From Opitutales bacterium (GTDB lineage: Bacteria; Verrucomicrobiota; Verrucomicrobiia; Opitutales; PNEW01), in contig CBDCNV010000002.1 of the NCBI GenBank assembly GCA_965219535.1, forward strand, positions 1,993,305 through 2,057,304: DNA of 64,000 nucleotides, read 5' to 3'. The position numbers and the translations under genes were made by a program. The number at the start of each line of letters is the position of its first letter. The first letter of the stretch is position 1. Below, in pieces: positions 43,673 through 53,700 of this stretch. The notes under the pieces are model-generated. The model searched no databases. It had not been told where the DNA came from and saw nothing but the letters and a program-made list of their open reading frames with translations.

Positions 43673-44407
43673 ATGAGTACTGCGCGTGCATATATTCAGA
43701 TAAACGGGCTTGTTAAAACCTACGGTAACCGACAAGTGGTGGATGGGGTCGATCTGTCCGTGCGAGCGGGAGAGATCGTAGGTCTGTTGGGCCCAAACGG
43801 TGCCGGAAAAACCACGACATTTTATATCATTGTCGGACTAGTCCCGGCGTCGCGCGGGTCTGTGTATTTTGAAAAACTCAATATTACCCGAATCCCCATG
43901 TACAAACGAGCCCGTTTAGGGATTGGCTACCTTCCGCAGGAACCCTCTGTTTTTCGCAAGCTTACGGTGGAAGAAAATATAAAAGCCGTAGTCGAAACTT
44001 TACCGATGAATGGATCTCAGCGAAGAGAATGTACCGCGCGTCATCTCAACGAGCTCGGTCTTGCTCACTTGGCGGCGCAGAAAGCATTTACCTTAAGCGG
44101 GGGTGAACGCCGTCGGCTTGAAATATCCCGCGCACTCGTTACTACGCCTAAATTTTTACTCATGGATGAGCCGTTCAGTGGAGTCGATCCCATAAGTATC
44201 AGCGATGTCCAAGAGATAATCATGGGTCTTAAGAAAAAAGGCATTGGTGTCCTGATAACCGATCATAATGTGCGTGAAACACTGCGTGTTGTTGACCGCG
44301 CCTACCTTCTTCATGAAGGTAAGGTTTTGTGTGAAGGGAGTAGTAATTTTCTCATCAATGACCCGCAGAGCCGTCACTTCTACCTCGGAGAAAACTTTAA
44401 TCTTTAA
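43673..44407 (+). CDS. lptB: LPS export ABC transporter ATP-binding protein LptB
   Basis: 244 aa. GLLGPNGAGKTTTFY, LSGGERRRLEI, LLMDEPFSGVDP. Strong LptB-type similarity. Confidence 0.9.
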   Translation: MSTARAYIQINGLVKTYGNRQVVDGVDLSVRAGEIVGLLGPNGAGKTTTFYIIVGLVPASRGSVYFEKLNITRIPMYKRARLGIGYLPQEPSVFRKLTVEENIKAVVETLPMNGSQRRECTARHLNELGLAHLAAQKAFTLSGGERRRLEISRALVTTPKFLLMDEPFSGVDPISISDVQEIIMGLKKKGIGVLITDHNVRETLRVVDRAYLLHEGKVLCEGSSNFLINDPQSRHFYLGENFNL

Positions 44408-44415
44408 ATCCGATC

Positions 44416-45375
44416 ATGCCACAGAAGCCACAGCCTAAAATAATTGAGAGTATCGCGGTCGAGGAATTCTTTAATTCCTACTCCAAGTCATTAAAGATGG
44501 TTCTTGTTGCGGGTAAGGGTGGCCTTAAAAAACTCGTTCGTGATAAAAATATAAATCGCCCATCTATTGCCCTGACTGGATATTTAAAATATCTAGGTTA
44601 TAAACGTATTCAATTATTTGGTGCAGGAGAAATGGGATTCTTGCGCGAGCTAACTGAAGAAAAACAATATGAGGTGCTCGTCGGAATGGCACGCAAGCAT
44701 ATAGTCTGTGTGGTAATATCACGTAATATGCTTCCCACCAACGCTTTATTAAAAGTCGCTGATGAGTACAAGATCCCACTTATACGCACTCAGCTTAATT
44801 CGCGCGATTTCATTGCAAAAGGTACATTGATTCTTGAAAACGTATTTGCCTCTCAGTTAACAGAACATGGTACAATGATGGACATCAGGGGAATGGGCAC
44901 ACTTCTGCGTGGTGAAAGCGGAATGGGGAAAAGCGAGTGCGCTCTCGCGCTCATCGAGCGCGGTCACAGTCTCGTCGCCGATGACGTTGTCTATGTTAAG
45001 CTTATCAATGAACGTGAATTGATGGCAACAAGTTCTGAGTTAAATCGGGGTTATATGGAATGCCGGGGTCTGGGGATAATTAATATAGCCGAACTTTTTG
45101 GTATACGATCTATCCGCTTGGAAAAACATATCGACCTTGTTGTTACTTTCAACGAGTTTTCAAAAGGGATGGAGGAAGATCGCACCGGGTTGGAGGAGAA
45201 TAATTATGAAATTCTCGAGATTAATGTCCCTCACATTGAACTTCCTGTCCGTCCGGGTAGGGACCTTGCCCGTCTTGTCGAAGTGGCTGCCATGACCCAG
45301 GCCCTTAAGTTACTCGGTCACGATCCGGCAAAAGATTTTAATGACCGCTTGATTCAATATATGGCTGAGCATTAA
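44416..45375 (+). CDS. hprK: HPr kinase/phosphorylase
   Basis: 319 aa. P-loop GESGMGKSECALALIERGHSLVADD and the downstream ...GLGIINI... block. Confidence 0.9.
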   Translation: MPQKPQPKIIESIAVEEFFNSYSKSLKMVLVAGKGGLKKLVRDKNINRPSIALTGYLKYLGYKRIQLFGAGEMGFLRELTEEKQYEVLVGMARKHIVCVVISRNMLPTNALLKVADEYKIPLIRTQLNSRDFIAKGTLILENVFASQLTEHGTMMDIRGMGTLLRGESGMGKSECALALIERGHSLVADDVVYVKLINERELMATSSELNRGYMECRGLGIINIAELFGIRSIRLEKHIDLVVTFNEFSKGMEEDRTGLEENNYEILEINVPHIELPVRPGRDLARLVEVAAMTQALKLLGHDPAKDFNDRLIQYMAEH

Positions 45376-45568
45376 ACGAGCCTTCATTGGAATTTTTATT
45401 AAAAAAAAGTTGCCGAGCGGAGTTTCGGATTGCAATCTTGCTACCCCTTCTTGAAGCGAATGTTTCAAGAATCGACCTGGAAACCGCATAGTTATCAGGG
45501 TTCTTTTATACGCGATGATTTTCTAATGAAGGCAATATTTTTAAATATAAAGTTATCAGCAATTCTCA

Positions 45569-45577
45569 TGTGAATAA
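45569..45577 (-). promoter_or_regulatory. DnaA-box candidate (TTATTCACA)
   Basis: The + strand TGTGAATAA equals the reverse complement of TTATTCACA, which fits the TTATNCACA consensus. Confidence 0.35.
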
Positions 45578-45872
45578 GTTGTTAGAAACTTGAACTTGAA
45601 AACATTCTTACAATACAAAATTCTAATTTATTCAAATGAGATAAGACTACATTGCTTACTTTTTGAACCGACAATTACCTCTTCTGAATGAAACTGAATT
45701 ATCACCTACATAAAAATATAAGTAATTGATTATTAACAGAATACTATAAATTAGAGATGACTGAAAATAGCTTTTTACCCCCTCATATCAATGACGAAAC
45801 CCATCCTTCCGGTGTCATTCTGTCTCCATATTTTACCCTATAAATATGAGGGTCGATACACCATTTTTCATC

Positions 45873-45881
45873 TGTGAATAA
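45873..45881 (-). promoter_or_regulatory. DnaA-box candidate (TTATTCACA), 22 nt upstream of the dnaA ATG
   Basis: Same 9-mer as at 45569. The position is compatible with dnaA autoregulation. Confidence 0.35.
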
Positions 45882-45902
45882 AAACTCATTTATCCCAAAA
45901 AA

Positions 45903-47309
45903 ATGTCGCAACATTCTGTAAAAAAAGATCTTTGGACTACTTTAAAGAGCGATTTGAAAACGCTATTTCCCAGCGATATCTACGAGACATGGTTTGAGCC
46001 GATTCATGGAATGGAAGAAAATGAAAAGTCATTGACTTTATCGGCCCCAAACGAGTTTGCCAAGATTTGGATCCAAGACAATTACCTGGATTTGATCAAC
46101 CAGAAAGCGCACCTGATGCTTGGTAGGCCGTTAGATATCATCGTTAAAGTTTTCAACGATGAGAATGGAGTGCTTGATCAACAAACGACTAAGCTGAATG
46201 ATAATCGAAATGAGCAAACATCCCGATTAGCCCATAAAGATAATAGGCGGCATTTAGAAAATAGGCTATCGGAAAGAAATCTATCGCTTAACCCGGCGAA
46301 TACATTTGAAAATTTTATCGTCGGCACCAGTAATCAGCTGGCTCATGCCGCCAGTGTGGCGGTAGCAGAAGCACCCGCGAGAGCTTATAACCCACTCTTC
46401 CTCTATGGAGATAGCGGTTTGGGTAAAACCCATCTCATGCACGCTATTGCGCACACAATTGTGAAAGAGAAAACTCATCCCAAGGTTATTTATGTATCCT
46501 GTGAGAAATTTACGAATGAATACATTCGAGCGCTTCAGGAAAATAAGCTGGTAAGTTTTCGCAAAGATTTTCGCAATATCGATGTTCTTCTTATCGATGA
46601 CATCCAATTTCTTGCCGGCAAAGAGGGTATTCAAGAGGAATTTTTTCACACTTTTAACGATCTATTTGAGTCACAGCGTCAAATTTGTCTATCCAGTGAT
46701 CGTCCGGCAAGTGAGATATCAAAATTGGAAAGTCGTCTTCTTTCCCGCTTTCAATGGGGTATGGTAACGGATATTCAGGCACCGGACCTCGAAACTCGCG
46801 TCGCGATCCTTTCTCAAAAAGCAGCCTCCCGGGGATATAATATTCCCGTCGATGTAATACAATTCCTTGCCGAGCGCATCACGCGTAATGTCCGGCGCTT
46901 AGAAGGAGCATTAACGAGAGTAGCCTGTGCATCAGTCCTTCAAAATCCACTTGATATCTCCCATGTCGAGCAACTCCTGCAAGATATCCTTCAAGAGGAA
47001 GCCTTAAATCAAATCACGATTGAAATGATTCAGAAAAAAGTGGTGGAATATTATCAGCTTAGACTGAGTGACATGGTCAGCAAGCGCCGCCCAAACAATA
47101 TCGCCTTTCCTCGCCAGATTGCCATGTATATTAGCCGTCTTCATACCAACCACTCCTTACAAGATATTGGCGAAGCCTTTGGTGGCCGTGATCATGGTAC
47201 CGTCATACATGCCTGTAAAACAGTGGAGAATATCATGGAGCAGGATGAATCTGTGGCAAGGAGTGTGGAATACTTGACAAAACAGCTTACTAAGCAGAAC
47301 CCTCAATGA
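45903..47309 (+). CDS. dnaA: Chromosomal replication initiator protein DnaA
   Basis: 468 aa. AAA+ domain (GDSGLGKTHLMHAI, LLIDDIQF) and C-terminal DNA-binding domain (...IAFPRQIAMYISR...IGEAFGGRDHGTVIHA). Confidence 0.97.
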   Translation: MSQHSVKKDLWTTLKSDLKTLFPSDIYETWFEPIHGMEENEKSLTLSAPNEFAKIWIQDNYLDLINQKAHLMLGRPLDIIVKVFNDENGVLDQQTTKLNDNRNEQTSRLAHKDNRRHLENRLSERNLSLNPANTFENFIVGTSNQLAHAASVAVAEAPARAYNPLFLYGDSGLGKTHLMHAIAHTIVKEKTHPKVIYVSCEKFTNEYIRALQENKLVSFRKDFRNIDVLLIDDIQFLAGKEGIQEEFFHTFNDLFESQRQICLSSDRPASEISKLESRLLSRFQWGMVTDIQAPDLETRVAILSQKAASRGYNIPVDVIQFLAERITRNVRRLEGALTRVACASVLQNPLDISHVEQLLQDILQEEALNQITIEMIQKKVVEYYQLRLSDMVSKRRPNNIAFPRQIAMYISRLHTNHSLQDIGEAFGGRDHGTVIHACKTVENIMEQDESVARSVEYLTKQLTKQNPQ

Positions 47310-47804
47310 ATGGAACTGACGAATGAGCAGCAAAAGGCCCTGGAAAAATGGATCAGTGATGGTTTGTCATTGTCCTCTATTCAGGCTCAATTGAACGAAG
47401 AGTTCAGTCTCTCCCTTACATACATGGAAGTCCGCTTCCTTGTTGATGATTTGAATCTTACATTACAGGACAAACCTGAATTGAGTGATGCTGTCCCGAA
47501 TGAAAATTTGGAATCTGCAAATCTAAGTGCTCCAGATGATAGTGATAACGCAGCTGAAGACTTGGGTGGAGGTGGCGATGATTTTGGTTCTTCACTCACC
47601 GTAGAGGTTGACCGTTTAATGAAACCAGGTTCGGTCGTAAGTGGGACGGTTAAATTCAGTGATGGGGTCAACTCCAGTTGGTCTATCGATCAATTTGGGC
47701 GTCTGGGTCTAAATCCTTCACAGGAAGGTTATCAGCCAAGCGCAGAAGACCTGCAGGCATTTCAAAAGGAACTTCAATCCGCACTGCAGAAGCACGGTAT
47801 GTAA
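47310..47804 (+). CDS. Hypothetical acidic protein directly abutting dnaA
   Basis: 164-aa ORF whose ATG immediately follows the dnaA TGA (tgaatg). Helical N-terminus, D/E/G-rich linker, beta-rich C-terminus. No family recognised. Confidence 0.5.
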   Translation: MELTNEQQKALEKWISDGLSLSSIQAQLNEEFSLSLTYMEVRFLVDDLNLTLQDKPELSDAVPNENLESANLSAPDDSDNAAEDLGGGGDDFGSSLTVEVDRLMKPGSVVSGTVKFSDGVNSSWSIDQFGRLGLNPSQEGYQPSAEDLQAFQKELQSALQKHGM

Positions 47805-47811
47805 CTCCCAT

Positions 47812-49830
47812 TTAGCGCTTTAGCAGTTTCTGAAATTCTTTTTCATCAATTATCTTCGTCCCCAGTTTTTGAGCTTGGGCCAGTTTTGATCCAGCCGATT
47901 CGCCAGCGAGAATAAAATCCGTATTTTTACTGACACTCGACGTCACATGACCCCCAACATTTTCAATCAGTTGCGTCGCGGCTTCACGGGTAAGGGATGC
48001 TAAAGTTCCGGTTAAGACAAACGATTTACCGCTGAAATCATGGGTTTCACTCTCAGTAGGTGTTACCTCCTCGACATTCAGACCATAGCCAATAAGGCGC
48101 AAAATGATTTCCTTATTGGATTCTTGAGAAAAAAAATGATTTACGCTCTTAGCCATTATCTCACCAATGCCATCCAGCGTCATAAGGTCATCCTCGTTTG
48201 CATCAATGAGCGCTTGGAGGCTATGAAGGGAGCGGGCTAAGTCCTTAGATGCCGTTGCCCCTATGTGTTGGATTCCGAGTCCGTGAATTAGACGCCAAAG
48301 TTCACATTTTTTACTAGACTCTATAGCCTGGATAAGGTTTTCAGATGATTTCTGAGCAAATTTTTCGAGAGGTAATAAATCATTGACGATCAACTTATAG
48401 AGATCCGCGATATTATTAATTAGATTTTTACTTACAAGTTGATCCACTACTGCTTCACCAAGGCCTTCAATATCCATGCATTGGCGCGAGGTAAAATGTT
48501 CAATCCGACCGCGGACCTGGGGTGGGCAACTTAAGTTTGGACAACGCCGCGCCGCTTCTCCGGGTAAACGTATGGTTTCCGTTCCACAAGCTGGGCATAC
48601 TTGTGGGAAGACGTATGAAGAGATGCCACTTTTTCTTGAATCTGTGAGCACACGAACGATTGCCGGAATGATATCACCTGCTTTTTCTATTATCACGCTG
48701 TCACCTTCCCGGATATCCTTGCGTTTGATTTCATCCTCGTTGTGAAGAGTAGCGTGAGATACTGTGCTACCGTCTAGAAAAACCGGCTTTAATTCAGCGA
48801 CCGGCGTTAAGGTGCCAGTTCTTCCTATTTGAATATTTATCTTTAGAATTTTGGTTTCAGCCTGCTCTGCAGCAAATTTATAGGCAATTGCCCAGCGTGG
48901 AGACTTTGATGTGGAACCGGACACACGCTGTTGATCCAGTGCGTCTAACTTGATAACTGCGCCATCGGTTGAATAGGCAAAGGTCTCACGTAAATTTTCA
49001 AGTTCCTCTATTATCTTCCAGGCTTCTGCGATGCCATTTGCCATCCAATATTTTTCGACTGTTGGCATGTTCCAGCTCTTTAATAATTCTTGAAACTCGC
49101 GTTGACGACTGAAGGAAAGAGGGGAGCAATAGCCCAATCCGTAAAGAACAATGTCCAGTTTTCGTCTCTTTGCAATTTTGGGATCGATCTGTTTTATTGT
49201 ACCAGCAGCTAAATTTCGCGGGTTGGCATAAAGATCGAGAGCTGCCTCTTCGCGTTCCTTATTGATACGTTCAAATTCAGGATGCGTCATGTAAATTTCT
49301 CCACGGATTTCAATCACCTCCGGGCAGGACTTATCTTTTATCCGGGTGGGTAGGTAATCAATGCCTTCAAGGTTTTTTGTAATCACGTCACCTTCAATAC
49401 CGTTACCGCGTGTGACCGCTCGGACGAGATTCCTCTTTTCGTAAGTGAGGCTAACCGCGACACCATCAATCTTTGGTTCGATGAGGTAGATCAGCTCGTC
49501 GACACCTAATAGCTTTTGTAAACGCTTATCGAATCCACTGAGTTCCTCCTCGTTATAAGTATTGTCAAGACTCATCATCGGTTGAAGATGACGGTATGAA
49601 TCGAAACCTTCATGCCGATCGTCACCTACCTGGTGGATGGGTGAACCTTCATCCGAAAACTCGGGATGTTGTTTTTCCAACTCACTCAGCTCATTTTTTA
49701 AACGGTCGTATTCGTAGTCGGTGATTTCAGGCCTCGCATTTTTATGATAAAGTGTATCATGTCGGGCCACTTCCTTACGCCGTTCAGCAATAAGTTTTTC
49801 TATATCTCCTTGCTTCATACGCTTAATCAA
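47812..49830 (-). CDS. ligA: NAD-dependent DNA ligase
   Basis: 672 aa. Adenylation motif EPKIDGVA, four-Cys zinc finger (CPACG...CPNLSCP), HhH and BRCT regions. Confidence 0.97.
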   Translation of the reverse strand: MIKRMKQGDIEKLIAERRKEVARHDTLYHKNARPEITDYEYDRLKNELSELEKQHPEFSDEGSPIHQVGDDRHEGFDSYRHLQPMMSLDNTYNEEELSGFDKRLQKLLGVDELIYLIEPKIDGVAVSLTYEKRNLVRAVTRGNGIEGDVITKNLEGIDYLPTRIKDKSCPEVIEIRGEIYMTHPEFERINKEREEAALDLYANPRNLAAGTIKQIDPKIAKRRKLDIVLYGLGYCSPLSFSRQREFQELLKSWNMPTVEKYWMANGIAEAWKIIEELENLRETFAYSTDGAVIKLDALDQQRVSGSTSKSPRWAIAYKFAAEQAETKILKINIQIGRTGTLTPVAELKPVFLDGSTVSHATLHNEDEIKRKDIREGDSVIIEKAGDIIPAIVRVLTDSRKSGISSYVFPQVCPACGTETIRLPGEAARRCPNLSCPPQVRGRIEHFTSRQCMDIEGLGEAVVDQLVSKNLINNIADLYKLIVNDLLPLEKFAQKSSENLIQAIESSKKCELWRLIHGLGIQHIGATASKDLARSLHSLQALIDANEDDLMTLDGIGEIMAKSVNHFFSQESNKEIILRLIGYGLNVEEVTPTESETHDFSGKSFVLTGTLASLTREAATQLIENVGGHVTSSVSKNTDFILAGESAGSKLAQAQKLGTKIIDEKEFQKLLKR

Positions 49831-49878
49831 AATGGTGTGAAATAATAATAACGATGATAGTATGATTTCTGAGAAATG

Positions 49879-50292
49879 TCAGTTAATCTTCGAAGTATTA
49901 TTCTTTTTCCAGTTAAGATTAATATTCATCTCAAGTAAGCGTCTGTAGTGTTGCAAGCTCTGATAAGCAATAACAGCTACTATAGAACCAAGGGTATCAG
50001 CCATCCAGTCAGCCACCTCGAAATAGCGATAAGGATTTAGGTACTGATGCCATTCATCGAGCAATCCGAAAAGAGAAGTAACAATAATCGCAATGAAAGC
50101 GTATTTAATGTGTGCGAGTTTATTATCGTAGACACGCAGGATTAAAGTAGCGAGGAGACCGAAAATAAAAAAATGTACTAGCTTATCGATACTTACTAGC
50201 TGTAGGAAATCAGGTAATTGTGGACCTGCCCCTCCCGAGGAATAAACGATGGTGGAGGCAAGGGCTAAAGGCCATAGCATACGATAAAACAT
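49879..50292 (-). CDS. VanZ-like membrane protein
   Basis: 137 aa with 4 TM helices and a conserved LLDEWHQ...D motif typical of VanZ-family proteins. Confidence 0.6.
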   Translation of the reverse strand: MFYRMLWPLALASTIVYSSGGAGPQLPDFLQLVSIDKLVHFFIFGLLATLILRVYDNKLAHIKYAFIAIIVTSLFGLLDEWHQYLNPYRYFEVADWMADTLGSIVAVIAYQSLQHYRRLLEMNINLNWKKNNTSKIN

Positions 50293-50728
50293 TTAAATAA
50301 TTAAGGATGATATAATTTCGATCGAGAGCGCGACAGATCAATCGATAGCATCTCGCAAGACCGGCTATTATGTTCGTTAAAGAACTATCATTTATTGTCG
50401 TAAAGGCTAAAACTGCTTGCTTAATAAATAAATCAAAGTAAGACTAATCTTTGATTAAGTGTGACTTATGCGAGTTGAAATACGAAATTTGTGTATAATT
50501 ATAATTCTATCACTCGATGAATAGTTACTTGATTAATTTGTTTATCTTTCGCTCTGCTTCGAGCACGTTACTTTTAAAGGTAAGAATATAGATGCTAAAG
50601 TAATTTGTGGAATAGACGATATACTTCAATCTCAATTTTTGCTATCATTGTTTGATTTTTTTTTATTACACGGTCAAAGTTTCAGGCCGTTTTTCTATTA
50701 TTAGTTCTTTAATTATCGATAGGATCCC

Positions 50729-53700
50729 ATGCCTAAATATACTCAAAACGCGCAGAAATTTCTGGTCGATGACGTTGTAGCTGAAGCCAGAAAGAAGGTG
50801 AATAAAAAAAACCTGAAAAAGGTAAAAGCGTACATAAGCCAGTATTACCGGTCCGTATCTGAGATTGATCTGCGAGATAAAGCGACCTCCGATTTGAGTG
50901 GAGCCGCGCTTGCACATTTAAAATTTGCAGAAAATCGGAAACCCAATCTTCCAAATGTCCGTATTTATAATCCTGAACTGAAAAAGGATGGTTGGGAATC
51001 GACGCATACGATTGTCGAAATGGTTAATGATGACATGCCATTTCTTGTCGATTCCCTGAGTATGGTTCTGAATAAATATTCGATTTCTATTCATTTAACG
51101 ATCCATCCTATTTTTGAAGTTCGCCGAGACGGTAAAGGGAATCTTAAAGAGGTAAAGGCTGCGAGTGAGAATACTGATGGCGCGCATTTAGAATCTTTTC
51201 AACACATTGAAATAGATCGAGAAACGAATCCAAAGCGAATCGCGCAATTGGAAAATGAAATTAAATCATCAATGGCCGACGTCAGGGCTTCGGTTAGGGA
51301 CTGGCGTGAGATGATAGATCGCTCAAGCTCATTATGTCAGGATTTAGCGAGCAAACCACCCCCTCTCGAGCTTACCGAGGTCTCCGAAAGCAAAACCTTT
51401 CTCGAGTGGATGGGGGATGATAATTTTACTTTTCTTGGCTATAAGGAATATCGGCTGAGAAGCTATGGGAAAAAGGTTGTATTTAATCCAGTCAAAGGAT
51501 CGGGGCTTGGTATTCTTCGCGAGGATCATAATAAGTTTTCAGATAGTGAAATTAGCTTGCCAGAAAACCTGCCAAATCGAGTGCATTACAAAGAACTGCT
51601 TATCATAACTAAAGCTAACTCATTCTCTACTGTTCATCGAAGAGTCTTTCTGGATTACATTGGAGTTAAGATTTTTGATAAAAAAGGTAAGTTAGTTGGA
51701 GAAAAAAGATTTATCGGCCTCTTTACTTCGGTTGCTTACAACCGAAGCGCTCTCGAAATTCCTTTTATTCGTCACAAGGTAAAGCAGGTTAGGGAGCGCT
51801 CTCAACTCTATCCCTCAAGTCATGCGGCAAAAGCGCTTCTGCACATCCTGGAAACGTTTCCCCGCGATGATCTATTTCAGGGATCCCTGGATGAGTTATT
51901 CGATATTTCTACCGGGATACTTCATTTACAGGAACGCCAAAGGGTTAAGTTATTTATTCGTAGTGACCCTTTTAACCGTTTTTTCTCATGCCTCGTTTAC
52001 ATTCCCCGCGATCGCTATAACACCCAGATTCGCGAGAGCGTTCAAGCGATTCTAATGCATGAACTTAGTGGGAGCTCTGTAGAACATACGATTCAACTAT
52101 CGGAATCAATCCTCGCTCGTGTCCATATCGTCGTTCGTACCGAACAGAATGAAAAAATAAAATTTGATACTGCCAAGATTGAAGAAAAAATAATTTCAAC
52201 TGTCCGTTCATGGCAGGATGTTCTAAGCGAATCATTAATTAATAAATTTGGAGAAGAGAAAGGTCTCAGTTTATTTCATAAATATAGCGATAGTTTTTCC
52301 GCCGCTTATCAAGAAGATGTGTCGGCACTGGAAGCGGCGTCAGATATTATACATCTTGAATATTTAGGAGAAGTTAAGGACAACCTGAGGATCTGTCTTT
52401 ATCATCCCACAAGTGATTCAGAATCAAATCTTGGTTTAAAATTATATCGTCGAGAAGGCCCTATCCCTCTTTATGATGCGCTTCCAATACTGCGGAACAT
52501 GGGATTGCGGGTTATCAGTGAACGGCCCTATCGCGTAAAGTTGAATGAAAAAACCAATTTTTGGATTCAAGATTTCGTATTGATCCATCGACTTTCCCAG
52601 GCACTCGATGCCGAAGCAGTCAACGATCATTTCGAGGATGCGTTTGCCAAAATATGGCGACGCGAAATGGATAACGATGGCTTTAACCGTTTGATTATTA
52701 GTGCACGGCTTAGCTCACGCCAAACGATATTAATTCGCGCATTCTGTAAATATTTACTGCAGATTGGAGTCCCTTTTAGTCAGACCTACATGGAGAAGGT
52801 ACTCACTGAAAACGCTTCTCTAACCAGCCTTCTTGTGGACTTATTTGAATTGCGGTTCGATCCTGCACTAGAGAGCAAAAAACGAGATCGCAGGGTACGT
52901 TTAAGTATACAAAAAATTGAGGCTGGGCTAAATGCCGTAGAAAGCCTTGATGAAGATAGAATATTACGCAGTTTTTTTGAAATTATTAGTGCCTCTCTCC
53001 GAACTAACTATTTTCAAAAAGGTAAAGATCATGATTTCAAATCTTATATTTCAGTAAAATTTGATCCGAAAAAAATACTTGAATTACCACGACCCAAACC
53101 GCTATTCGAGATATTCGTTTACTCGCGCCGTTTTGAAGGTGTTCACCTGAGAGGGGGAAAAATAGCGCGTGGAGGACTGCGTTGGTCAGACCGACGCGAA
53201 GATTTTCGCACCGAAATCTTGGGGTTAATGAAAGCCCAAATGGTTAAGAACACCCTTATTGTTCCAATCGGTGCCAAAGGTGGTTTTGTTGTCAAACGTC
53301 CTCCAATCAGTGGAGGACGCGAAGAATTAATGGGTGAAGTCGTAGATTGTTACCGAAATTTTATTCGTGGGCTACTGGATATCACCGACAACCTTAAAGG
53401 TGCAAAAGTTATAAAACCGAAAGAAGTCGTGCGGTATGATGAGGATGATCCTTACCTCGTTGTTGCGGCGGATAAGGGAACAGCCACATTCTCCGATATC
53501 GCGAATAGTGTTGCCCATGAATACAATTTTTGGCTCGGTGATGCCTTTGCTTCCGGTGGTTCTGTAGGCTATGATCATAAAGTCATGGGAATCACTGCTC
53601 GTGGTGCCTGGGAGTCAGTCAAGCGGTTATTCCGGGAACTGGATGTCGATATTCAGACAACAGATTTCAGCGTTATTGGCATTGGTGATATGGGAGGAGA

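Larger units (their letters stand above)
45376..45902. other. Candidate chromosomal replication origin region (oriC) upstream of dnaA
   Basis: 527-bp AT-rich non-coding stretch directly 5' of dnaA. Two exact TTATNCACA-class boxes (TGTGAATAA on the + strand) and several weaker TTATC-containing variants, plus A/T-only runs such as aatatttttaaatataaa. Confidence 0.35.

Noticed and set aside
50293-50728. 436-bp AT-rich region upstream of the giant gdh gene, with a TATAAT hexamer (~50502) and a near DnaA box TGTGGAATA (~50616).
   Set aside because: The TATAAT has no properly spaced -35 element. The box has two mismatches to the consensus. Nothing beyond an ordinary long promoter and 5'-UTR region can be supported.
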